A stretch of DNA of 64,000 nt from a virus (lineage: Duplodnaviria > Caudoviricetes): the IMG/VR virus record IMGVR_UViG_3300021400_000134; one strand, written 5' to 3'. Made by a program: the position numbers and the translations under genes. Position 1 is the first letter of the stretch, and the number at the start of each line of letters is the position of its first letter. Positions 51,832 to 63,183 of this stretch are shown one piece after another. The notes below the pieces were generated by a model. That model saw only the letters and a list, made by a program, of their open reading frames with translations, did not search any database and was not told the origin of the DNA.

Positions 51832-54800
51832 TTAAAATTCTTCAAGCAAATAATACAGATTTTCTTCATTTATTTTTTTGGCAAATTGTGCGGTAAACCA
51901 AACATCGGTTTCTTCATCGTAATAAAAGTGAGGAATGTAGCAAATAGTATCTTTATCACCATACCATTCACAATTATTGAAAAAATCTTCAGAAATTGTG
52001 TAGAAGTCTTCGTTAATTTTTGTAATCATTTTTTACACCTCTCTTTACATTATTATTATATCCTACTGGTTATTATTTGTCAAGGGTTTCGGGATACTTT
52101 TTTACTTTTTCAAAGAATAATTCTCTCAGCAGATCGCAAATTTCTTCTTCGGTGACTCCTTTGGCGTGATACTTAGAAAAATAATAGCAAGTGAGTCCGC
52201 TCATGAGGATCTCATACTGTTTTGCTGTAAACTCCATTTTATCTGTTTCCTTTCACAATTTTATTTAATTCTAACAGGGTATTTTTATAGTATGCCATGC
52301 ACTTTTCATTAATACCCTTTTTAATTTCTTTTACAAGCAGTTTATCAATTAATTCATCGGCATTTTCTTTGTCTCTATTTTTCAGCAGATAATCAAGTTC
52401 TGTCATCTTTACCACCCCTTTCTGCAAGCATTTTTCTGTGCCTGCTTCTTTTTGTTTGGTACTACTTTATGTCCGAGTTTCCGCAGATTGCGGTTGAGTT
52501 CTTCATTGCGGAAATTGTAGAGTGTTTCTGTTCCATTAGCGTTTTTGTATTTCTTCATCTCTTGGTTCTCCTTACAATTATAGTATAACAGAAAAAAGGT
52601 ATTTGTCAATATCTTTTTTCTAATTTTTCTGTGTAAATGTCAGAATCAGGGAACCAATCAAGTCGTCTTGTAATGCTATCAATTTCATCTGCGGTGATGT
52701 GTCTAAAATCACGATCGCAATTTAACAGAAGGGCTTTATTTCCATCCGTACGCCGAAGTTCTTCTGAAATATTCTCAAGTACAGTGTTTACTGTAACGAA
52801 TGCTTCTTTTTCTTCTTCTGTTAATGAAAAGGTTATTTTCTTTGTTATTTCCATTTTATCACCTTTCTTACTCGTTGTCAAACATTAATTTAATACTGAA
52901 GAATGCAAGGCATCCGCTCAGCGCAAGAATGAAACTCATCATACTTTACCATACCTTTCTAACACATGGAGATTGAAACCTACAACCGCAACCGCAAGCA
53001 GAATAATTGGCAATGCTTCAATTGAGAAGTCATTAATTGAGACTAACATAATTGTTAATACCATTGTGATAATTTCAAGTGCCGTCTGAATGGCAGGTCT
53101 TAATGTTCTGTTCATTTTTTATACCTCTCTTTACATTATTATTATAACATAATTATTTTTATTGTCAACATTTAATTCTTAAGAATTGTGAGAAGTTCAT
53201 TCTTATTCACCTTAACCAAGCGGAACAGACCCCGCAAAGTCAAATTGTTAATAACCTGAGTTTCTCCAGTAGAGACATTAGTAATCTTTACTGTGTATAA
53301 CTGAATCTTTTTCTTTGCCATGTTCTGAACCTCCTTACATTATTATTATAACACAACGCCGGAAATTGTCAATAGTTTCGGGCAAAAAGTTTCAGGAAAT
53401 TTTAAAAAATTTTTAAAAAATTTCAATTTTCCTCTTGACTTCTGCGGCCCGGCATGCTATAATTTTTCGACCCGTTAGCGGTGACTAACCAAAGTCCGCA
53501 CTTGTGAAAGTTTAAACATTCACAAGTTTCTCCAAAAGAAAAGAGGTTCTCACCTCTCTCCGTACAGTGTCAGCACTGTTTCATCTCCGATGAAGTAGCA
53601 AGTTACTGCGTCGCCTTCTTCAAGGTCGTCTGCTTCAACCTCATACAATTCACCGTCAAGATTCACAATGTAATAATCATTGTATTCAGCGCCACCTTCA
53701 ATAGTTTTTTCAACTACATAACCGCTCTGTTTCTGCGCACCGAGAAGAGCAAGAACCGCAAGTATTACTTTAATCATTGTATCACCTCTCTTTACAATTC
53801 TATTATAACATCTCTACTGGATTTGTCAACACTTTTTTAAACTTTTTTATTTTTTTAGAGTTTGTGAATGTTTTATTTTTCACAAGTTCCCCAAGAAAAA
53901 AACAGGTTTTTAAGCCTGCCATTCAGCGAGAGCCTGACGGTAGAGTTCAGCGGACTCTTCCATCTCTTCTTCTTCGTACCATTCGATTTCACGGGTAAGC
54001 CATTCTTCGAAGCCGAAGTCTTCATCTTCTTCATCAAACGCTCCCTCGTATCCTTCCATCCAGTATTCCATCCAGATGCTGAGCATTTTTTCTTCATGTT
54101 CGTTGAGTTTTGCGAAGTCTTTCATTTTTCTTTCCTCTTTCTTTTTACACTTTTATTATAGCATACTATTCCGGTCTGTCAATACTTTTTAATTAATTTT
54201 TTAATTAAATTTATTCCCGCAAAAACTTTGTGAAAGTTCAAACTTTCACAAGTTGCCCCTAAAAAAAACTTAGCCAAGTTTGGCAAGTTCTTCGTTCAGA
54301 GCCTTGAGTTCTTTCTGAAGTTTTGCAACCTTAGCGAAGTTGTAGTGAAGGTCAGCCATTTCTTCATACCAGATTTCAGCCTTAACTTCATTGATTTTCT
54401 TTTCGAGTTCTGTTCTTGTCATTTTATTTACCTCTTTTCCTTATCTTCACCCTTATTATAGCCGGCGTTTGCGGTTTTGTCAAGGGGTTTTCTTAACTTT
54501 TTTTATTTTTTTCTCGGGGTTTTCTTTGTCCCTTCCCCTTCCTTCAATTATAGTATAACACACTTTCTGTCAATGTCAAGCCCTTTTAATAAAAAATTTT
54601 TTTTATTTTTTTATAAATTTTTCTTGACAAGTCGCAAGCTCTGTGGCATGCTGTGGCTGTGCTGGCAAGGCTCTGCATCGATGCAGTGCTAAGGTTTCAG
54701 GAAAAGGTGCTGGCTCTGACTTTGGTGCTGAAGCGCTTGCGAAAATGTGGTGAGTTCAGACAGTGCGAAAATTGCGTCGCCACACCCGCTGGCGGCGCAA

Positions 54801-55613
54801 GGCACGCTTACTAGTAGCACATTAGCCAAGACCGCAAACTCTTGCGCTGCATCGATGTGTTGTATTCTTTTAACTATTCTATCTACTCTTGGTTAGTCTA
54901 TACTAACTAACACTGTTAGTGTACACTTACTATACATGTGTAGTGTAGTGTAGTACACTGTTACTACTGTTGTTGTATAACATGCTGTGTGTGTACTACT
55001 TACTACTACTGTTACTGCTACTATTGTACTGTATGTAGTACACACATTGTCTGTCTACTGTTGTTGTGTGTATCTTATTATCTTACTACTAATGTATTAG
55101 TACTGTTGTGTTACCTCTTCATCATACTGTGTGAAGTCTCTGTATCCTGTCAGTACATACAACACATCACACATTGTCTGCGTGTTGTATCCATTGAGTG
55201 CTGTTGCTACCTGCATGGTCTGCTCCTGCACACCTACTACATCTACCAAGTAGTTATACATGTCTTCTGTTGTGTTATACATCATTGTCTCTCCTTGTTT
55301 ACACTATTATTATAACATGTTGTTGTGTTGTTGTCAACAGTTGTTGTTGTGTTGTTGTGTTACTCTCTTGGTTGGCTCTGGCTGGCTGGCCAAGCCTCTA
55401 GGCCTAGGCCCTGTAGCCGTAGAGCACTCTGTAGTCGTGTGTAGGCACCCAATAGCCATCAAATACATAAGCGATGTTCTCATTCTGTCTGAGTTCTCTA
55501 GCCTTAGCTACAGCCTCTTCTCTCAGAGTGTAGTGCTCTTCTACCTCTTTTACCACTGTGCCGAATGCTACAGTGTTTACTGTTGTGTTGTCTACTGTTC
55601 TATGTCTTAACAT
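51832..55613 (-). CDS. Series of tiny early-type genes (51832, 52239, 52409, 52606, 53550, 53910, 55097, 55404 and others <60 aa)
   Basis: Most preceded by consensus TTGACA-N17-TATAAT and strong RBS. Confidence 0.5.
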
Positions 55614-56217
55614 CTTGTGTACCTCTCTTATCCTCTTTACACTTGTATTATAGCAGTACATGCCGGTTTTGTCAAGAGGTTTTGCGAAAGTTTTTTATTA
55701 TTTTTTTGCAGTGCATCGATGTATCGGGATTTTTTTGTAGGTAGAACTCACGCGAGTTTTTGCTTTGCATCGATGTGAAGCGTTTTTTTCAACAAAACAA
55801 GGCTCGCAGCGTGCGTCAGCGAGCCTGCGATTTTGGGGGAGGGCGGGGGCCCTCCTATAGTGTCTCTATCGCTCAGATTAGCAAGGACCCACGTCTACCT
55901 TGTGTAATTTTTATCATTTGAAAACCCCGGGGGTGGGTTTTGGGAAAAAATTTTTTTTAGAAGAGCAAAACGTTTCGCTCTCCACCACCCTCCCACTCAA
56001 AGTTACCCCCATCACCATTACGGGATTTTATAAAAAAAAGTGTCTTTCGACACTTTTCGACTATATTAGTAAACAAACTCCTAAAGCGAACATAGCTCCA
56101 TATATTACCATTAAGGTAGCCTTGACCCACTTACGATACCGCAACCCAAATCCGTACCGATAGACATGAGCTACTCTAAACAAGCTCACTACCACCATGA
56201 TGATACCAAGCATCTCA

Positions 56218-56715
56218 TTAATTTTCATCTTTCCACTCCTTAACCGCATTTTCTAACAGTGCAATTTTACTCAACTTATCAATAACTTCTTTCTCTAGCG
56301 TAATCCCTGCGCACATTACATTATAACCTTCTGCGGCAACTGCTATGGTCAAATTCCGCATTTGCGGGTCTACACCATTCGCGTCTAAATACACCTTGAT
56401 ACCGGTCGCCGCAAACTCTCCCATATCCAACGGATTACTATATCCTTCTGGAAGTGGCTCCTGGACATAAACCCCATCGGTATCAATATCTAGTACCTTC
56501 CAAAACAAATCTTTCTGCGAAATTTCTTCTGTTGGAACTTCATAGACTTCGCCAATAAAACCAACGTCCTTACAAGTCTTAATAAACTCTTCATCAGCTT
56601 TGCTATCTAAACAAATAATAGCAATAGTTGGTTTGCGCTTGCCCGCTTTTACGCCCGTATTTACCGAGCTCCGCAATTCATCTATCCAATTTTTAATAAA
56701 AACATTTACATCCAT
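56218..56715 (-). CDS. Truncated FolD-like (THF dehydrogenase/cyclohydrolase N-domain) protein
   Basis: P.IAII...C..VG....Y..P...SQ..L....D.DG..VQ.PLP. Confidence 0.45.
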   Translation of the reverse strand: MDVNVFIKNWIDELRSSVNTGVKAGKRKPTIAIICLDSKADEEFIKTCKDVGFIGEVYEVPTEEISQKDLFWKVLDIDTDGVYVQEPLPEGYSNPLDMGEFAATGIKVYLDANGVDPQMRNLTIAVAAEGYNVMCAGITLEKEVIDKLSKIALLENAVKEWKDEN

Positions 56716-56972
56716 GGTTTAAAACTATCCTCTGTTATTATCTCATAAAAATCATTATCGACCCAAGCCCAAGCCAACATAAGTCCGATATACCAATGCA
56801 ATAAAGGACAAAGTCCAACTAACCCTAATCCAATGCTACTCTTAAGTATACCCATACATGTTTTTGGAGTTTTTCTATATTCCTCCAATCGCTTATCTCG
56901 CATCATCTTCGTTGAAATCAAGATAATCCCAATAATATAAACTGCAATACCTAAATAATATATCTTCAACAT
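56706..56972 (-). CDS. Small membrane protein
   Basis: Two hydrophobic segments. Confidence 0.5.
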   Translation of the reverse strand: MLKIYYLGIAVYIIGIILISTKMMRDKRLEEYRKTPKTCMGILKSSIGLGLVGLCPLLHWYIGLMLAWAWVDNDFYEIITEDSFKPWM

Positions 56973-57076
56973 CTTTAATCACTTCCTTATAATTATTATA
57001 TCATAAATTTTAAATATTTGACAAGTGTAGAAAAATTCTGGTATAATTGTTGTATAAGCTTTGGAGGAAAGAATTA

Positions 57077-58129
57077 ATGACTAAACTCGATTACAGTTTA
57101 AATTCTCCAGAAGAACGTTTAGAAGTCGTCAAAAAGATATTAGAGGAAAATCCCAATCCTGATTCCTACTATCTTGAAATCCTAGCCGACTATCTAGTAT
57201 TCTGCATGGAGAAAGAGGAGAAAAAGGAGAAAAAAATTCTTACCGAAAATCGCTTGGCTACAGTAAATAAAAGAGAAACCTCTTATGAGGGCCTGGTATC
57301 TCAGTTTGAAAATGGAGAAGATGGCGTATACAATATAACAAATAATGATAAACATGTAATTTTTCAACCAAAGATAGCAATAACAGCAAAAGATAGAAAA
57401 GATATTCCTGAATTAAGTCAAACTGACGAGGCAATCGCAGCCTGGGATTACCGGGTGCGCCATTCCGAAGGTAGAGATGCGTTTATAGCAAAGAAGGCTC
57501 TTATCGAAACTCGTAAAGACCAATATGTTATAAAGCAAGCATTCAAGCCTCCAGTACAAGCCATGCATTTAGTGCATTCAGAACATCATATTGAATTGCC
57601 GGAAAGCGCGGAATTTGATGATGAAGGTTATCCAATTCCACATGGAGTATCTTTAATGAATCCTGTTATTTGCTCTACTATATTATGTAATTATGTAAAA
57701 TTAAAAGAGAACAGTTGAGGTGATTTTTTTGGAGATACTTGATATTTAATGGAAGAATTTGATAAAGTTTCTATGCGCGCGTTGGCCCCTTATCCACTCT
57801 ATTATCGCATTGTAGAATGCAAAATAGATGGGCTACAAAATGCGGAAATACGAGATATTATCCAAGAGGAGTTTGGTATTAAACATAGTCTTGAATATAT
57901 CTCATCATTATGGCGTAAAAAAATTCCTAATCTCATCGCATCTGCGGCCGAGGATGAATATTTAGATTATTATTATCTAAATGAGGAAAAAGGTAAGTAT
58001 AAAAGATGTTCTCGTTGCGGACAAATTAAATTGGCTCATAATAAATATTTTAGCAAGAATAAAACCAGTAAAGATGGTTGGTATTCTATTTGCAAGTGCT
58101 GCCGCAATAAAAAGGTCAAAAAACAATAA
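57077..58129 (+). CDS. Putative DNA-binding protein with HTH-like region and C-terminal Zn finger; TGA at 57716 and 57740 read through
   Basis: ORFs 57047 and 57749 fuse in frame: ENS(W)GDFFGDT(W)YLMEEF. Confidence 0.7.
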
Positions 58130-58171
58130 TTTGCGGCGACAGCAAACTAAAATATATAAGGAGGTAATTTA

Positions 58172-59422
58172 ATGGATAGAGAAATTAGTAAAAAAGATTT
58201 AATCTATTGCGAAAAATGCCATAAAACATTAAAGCGTGGGGAATTTTATCAATCTAATAATTTAGAAAAATATCCAGACGGTGGCACTATTCCGATATGT
58301 AAGAAATGTTTAACGATGCATGTAGATAATTGAAATCCGGAAACATTTACCCCCATATTGAAAGAAGTAGATGTACCATACATTCCAGAAGAATGGAATA
58401 AACTTCTAGAAAGTTATGGGCAAGACCGAAGAAAAGTAACTGGTATGACTATTTTAGGTAGATACCTATCTAAAATGAAGTTAAAGCAGTTTAAAGATTA
58501 TCGTTGAAAAGACACTGATTTTTTACAAGATTTAGCTGAGAAACGTTTGCGCGAAACCATGGAACGTCAAGGTAAAGATATCCAAGAAATTACTTTGGCG
58601 ATTGAGGAGCAAAAAGCAGTTATTCCTGAAAAGAGTTTTGAGGATATAGTGTTTGCGCCGGCTGATGAACCGGTCGGTTTTACCTCGATGGAGCTTAACG
58701 AACCAGCGAAAACCGCAGATGACCTAGGCTTAACTGATGAAGATATAACTTACCTTAAACTTAAATGGGGTAAGAGTTATAAGCCAGAAGAATGGGTTCA
58801 ACTAGAACAATATTATAATGACTTTATGGAGTCTTATGATATTCAGACTGCAGGTCATAAAGATACTTTAAAAAAACTTGCGAAAACATCTCTAAAATTA
58901 GACCAACTAATTGACTTAGGAGATGTTGATGGCGCACAAAAAATGCAGAAAATGTATGACAGTTTAATGAAGAGTGGTAAGTTTACTGCTGCTCAGAATA
59001 AAGCCGAGAATGGCGAAATTGTTGACTCAATTTCTGAATTAGTTATGATGTGCGAAAAAGATGGATTTATTCCAAGATATTATGTAGATTCACCAAAAGA
59101 TAAGGTTGATAGAGTATTGCAGGATTTACAGGGATATACAAAATCACTTATCACAGAAGAAACAAACATTGGAAATCTTATTGAAAATGCGGTCAAGCAG
59201 ATTGAAGAAGACAAGCGTCGTGAAGCAGAAATGGATGCGGATGCGGCAAGTGATGAAGATATCCTTGAAGATGCACTTTTCAATGATGATATAAATTATA
59301 TTGCGGATGGTGAATTTCAGGAATTTGGCGAATTTGAAGACGAACTAGAGAAAGCCGATGAAGATTTCATGCAAAATCTTACTGATGAACAACTTTTAAA
59401 AGAGTTGAAACGAGGTAAGTAG
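58172..59422 (+). CDS. Zn-finger protein upstream of terminase (small-subunit candidate); TGA at 58331 and 58505 read through
   Basis: AAGGAGG RBS, CEKC/CKKC, HVDN(W)NPE, DYR(W)KDT in frame with ORF 58547. Confidence 0.7.
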
Positions 59423-59423
59423 T

Positions 59424-61196
59424 ATGGCACTTCAAGATTTATTAGAGCTTTCGCAAGACCGAAAGAAGATTGGCTTATCTGAAGAACGTATTCAAGTGAT
59501 TAAGCCATACTTAACACAGTATATTGCCTTTTGGAGAGAATACCCTGATATGTTTGTGGACTTTCTCCAAACTGGTAGAGATGGAGAGATACCTGAAAAT
59601 GGTTTAAAGTTTTTCTTCTATCAAAGAGTATTCTTGCGTGCGGCAATGCGTTATAAATATGTTTACATGGTATTTCCTCGTGCGTATTCAAAATCATTCT
59701 TATCAGTGCTCGTGTTAATGTGCCGATGTGTTTTATATCCAAGAGCGAAATTATTCGTTACTTCTGGTGGTAAAGAACAGGCAGCAGGTATTGTTAAAGA
59801 AAAGGTTAATGAAATATGTACTCTTGTTCCAGCATTTGACAGAGAATTAGACCGACGTCCTGGTAAAACAAGAGAAGGAAAAGACTATGTATGTTATATG
59901 TTCAAGAATGGTTCATTCTTTGATAACATTGCGGCAAGTGAGAAATCAAGAGGTAAACGTCGTCATGGTGGATTAGTAGAAGAGTGTGTCGGTGTTGATG
60001 GTACTATTCTATCAGAAGTTATTATCCCAACCATGAACGTTTCAAGATTATGTATGGATGGTACAATGCATCCAGAAGAAACCTTAAATAAATCTCAAAT
60101 TTTTGTAACCACTGCTGGTTATAAAAATACATTCGCCTATGATAAATTGATACAGTTCCTTGTTTGGATGGTTACCGAACCTGAGAAGGCTATTATCATG
60201 GGTGGCACCTTTCGCATTCCAGTATTAACTGGATTATTAGATAAAAACTTTATTCAAGACCTTAAACGAGATGGCACATTCAATGAAGCCTCATTTGAAC
60301 GTGAATATGAGTCAAGATGAAGTGGTACTGTTGCGGATGCTTTCTTTAATGGAGAAGCATTTGATAGAAATAGGTCTTTACAAAAACCAGAGTATGAACA
60401 TTCTGGTCGTTCGACTTTACAGAGTTATTATATATTATCAATGGACGTTGCGAGAAAAAATACTGGTAAAGATGGCTGCGATAGCGTCATTACCATTTTT
60501 AAAGTAACGCCGCAAAACTATGGAGAAGTATCAGTAAAATCTCTTGTTAATCTATACACTTTAACTAATATGCATTTTGAAGACCAGGCAATTTGAGCAA
60601 AACGTCTATTCTATAAATATAAAGCAAGACGTATTGTAATTGATGCCAACGGTCTTGGTATTGGTTTAGTAGATTATATGGTTAAACGTCAAACAGACCC
60701 AGTAACTGGGGACGAATATCCAGATTTTGGAGTTGAGAATGATGAAGATGGATATTATAAGAGATTTAAGACTGGGGAAACTGAACAAGAGGCCATGTAT
60801 TTAATTAAAGCAAATGCGCCAATTAATACGGAAGCGCACTCCAATGTTCAGACACAACTTACTTCTGGAAAGTTAAAATTCTTAATAGATGAACGTATTG
60901 CAAAAAATAAGTTATTAGGAACTCAAAAAGGTAAACAAATGACACCAGAAGAAAGGGCAGAATACTTAAAACCATACACCTTAACTTCTATATTAAAAGA
61001 GGAGATGTTAAATCTTCGTGAAGAAAATGAAGGTATTAACATTATCTTAAAGCAAGCTAATCGTGGAATAAGAAAAGATAAATTTTCAGCATTTGAATAT
61101 GGATTATATTATATCAAACAGGTAGAAGACAGTAAGAAGAGAAAACATAAGAAATTTAATGCTGCGGAATGACGATTTAGTTCACACATTGGATAA
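59424..61196 (+). CDS. terL: Terminase large subunit (590 aa with TGA at 60318, 60594, 61170 read through)
   Basis: FYQ, PRAYSKS Walker A, RGKRRHG, VEE Walker B, VTTAG; nuclease SMDVAR, VIDANGLG, KDKFSA. Confidence 0.88.
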
Positions 61197-61207
61197 GGAG
61201 AATAATT

Positions 61208-61567
61208 ATGAGAGCAAGTAGAGGAGAAATTAAAATAGAAGAGATATTGACAGAAGCAGGACTAAATTTCAAAATGGAGTTATCTTTTGAAGGATTAAAT
61301 AGTTCAAATGGTAAGCCATTGCGTTTTGACTTTGCGGTTTTTGACGATGATGGCAACCTTGATTTTTTAATTGAGTATCAAGGTAGACAGCATTATGAAC
61401 CTAGTAGTAAGTTTGGTGGAAAGAAAGGTTTTTATCAACAGCAATTTAATGATGCGAAAAAACGTAGATTTTGCCAACTACATGATATAAAGTTAATAGA
61501 AATCCCATATACCGATGAAAATCTTATTGATTACGATTATATAATAAATAAAGCATACGGAAAATAA
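61208..61567 (+). CDS. PD-(D/E)XK endonuclease-like protein
   Basis: LRFDFAV...LIEYQGRQHY...D..K...C. Confidence 0.7.
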   Translation: MRASRGEIKIEEILTEAGLNFKMELSFEGLNSSNGKPLRFDFAVFDDDGNLDFLIEYQGRQHYEPSSKFGGKKGFYQQQFNDAKKRRFCQLHDIKLIEIPYTDENLIDYDYIINKAYGK

Positions 61568-61579
61568 GGAGGTGGAGCT

Positions 61580-63172
61580 TTGGATAAACAAGAAAGACAA
61601 GAAGCCATTAGAGAAAAAGGCTTCGATATGAATGGCGCCGCTGACTATGGGAAAATAAAAGTAGGTATTAAAACTCTTGAAGATGCGATTATTGACCTAG
61701 GCTTTTATAAAAAAGTCGAAGGAAGACATTGCTTCGATAAAAGAATGATAATGCGTGCGATTATTGATAAAGATTATCGTGCTATTAAGATTATCTCTGA
61801 TTATTTTTATAGAACAAATGGTATATATCAAAGAATTGTAAACTATTATGCAACTATGTATCGTTGAGACTGGTACATTACTCCAAATATTTATGATGAA
61901 AAAATTTTAGAAAGTGATAAAGAGTGTTTAAAAATAACAAATGAGTTTTTTAAAGCACTGGATTATTTAGATAACACCCATATTAAAAAGTTATGCGGAG
62001 ATATCGCTTTAAAGGTTATTAAGTACGGTGTTTGTTATGGCTATATTATAGAAGGCGATAAAGGTATTTTATTCCAAGAGTTGCCATCAGAATATTGCCG
62101 CTGCCGCTACTATATTAATAATCTACCTGCCATAGAATTTAATATGGCATATTTTGATGAAAAGTTTAGGGATATTAATTACCGTATGCGTGTATTAAAG
62201 ATGTTCCCTAAAGATTTCCAAAAAGGCTATCTTTTATATAAAGAAAGAAAGCTTCAGCCTGATTTCCAAGGAGATATTGGATGTTGGTATTTATTAGACC
62301 CAGGATATGCGGTTAAATTTAGTTTAGCTGGTGCTGGTGATATGCCATTGTTTATTAATGTTATTCCATATCTACTTGACCTTGACGCAGCTCAAGACCT
62401 CGACCGCCGCAAGCAGATGCAGGATTTATTAAAGATTATCGTACAGAAGCTTCCAATAGATAAGAATGGTGATTTAATCTTTGATGTTGATGAAGCTAGA
62501 GATATTCATAATAATGCGGTTGCGATGTTACAACATTCTGTTGGAACAGATATTATTACAACATTTGCGGATATTGATTCTATTGATTTGTCTGACGCAA
62601 GAAATGTTGATAATGATGATTTGGAAAGAGTTGAACGTACAGTTTATAATGCAGCTGGTGTGCCGAAGAATTTATTTAATTCAGATGGTAATATTGCTTT
62701 AACTAGTTCAATTTTGCAGGATGAAGGCGTTATGAGAGACCTTAAGTTGCAATTCGAAATTTTATTTGATACAATAATTCAGAGAAGAGTCAAGAGTAAA
62801 AAGAAATTTAATTTTAGATATTATATTTTAGATACTACACAATATAATTATAAAGAATTATCAAAGATGTATAAAGAACAAATGCAGATTGGTTATGGTA
62901 AGATGTTTGCGCAGATTGCTCTTGGACATTCACAAAATTCTATTATGAGTACAGCGTACTTTGAAAATTCTGTATTAGGATTAAGTGAAATCATGGTACC
63001 ACCTATGATGTCATCTACTATTGGTAGTGAAGATATTCAAAACTTGGGCAAAAAGAATAAATCTGGTAATGGCAATCAGCAAACTAATACAGAAGGAGAA
63101 ACTGGAAGACCTCAAAAGGAAACTACAGAATTATCCGACAAGACAATTGCAAATAGAGAAAGTATGAAGTAG
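61580..63172 (+). CDS. Portal protein (530 aa with TGA at 61865 read through)
   Basis: ORFs 61580 and 62081 fuse in frame; size, position after terminase, C-terminal GRP motif. Confidence 0.72.
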
Positions 63173-63183
63173 GAGGAGTTAAA

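Larger units (their letters stand above)
41200..54660 (+). promoter_or_regulatory. Family of plus-strand promoters followed by GC-rich hairpins or palindromes
   Basis: About 10 copies of CTTGACW-N17-TATAAT-like at ~41203, 42410, 44520, 45939, 46870, 49223, 50587, 51507, 53434, 54623. Confidence 0.6.

Noticed and set aside
54989-55610. Cys/Tyr-rich plus-strand ORFs
   Set aside because: They are by-products of the TGT/TAC-rich composition; the minus-strand ORFs carry the promoters and RBSs
40000-56000. Repeats as a CRISPR array
   Set aside because: The repeats are dispersed, degenerate promoter/operator motifs without constant repeat-spacer periodicity; no cas genes
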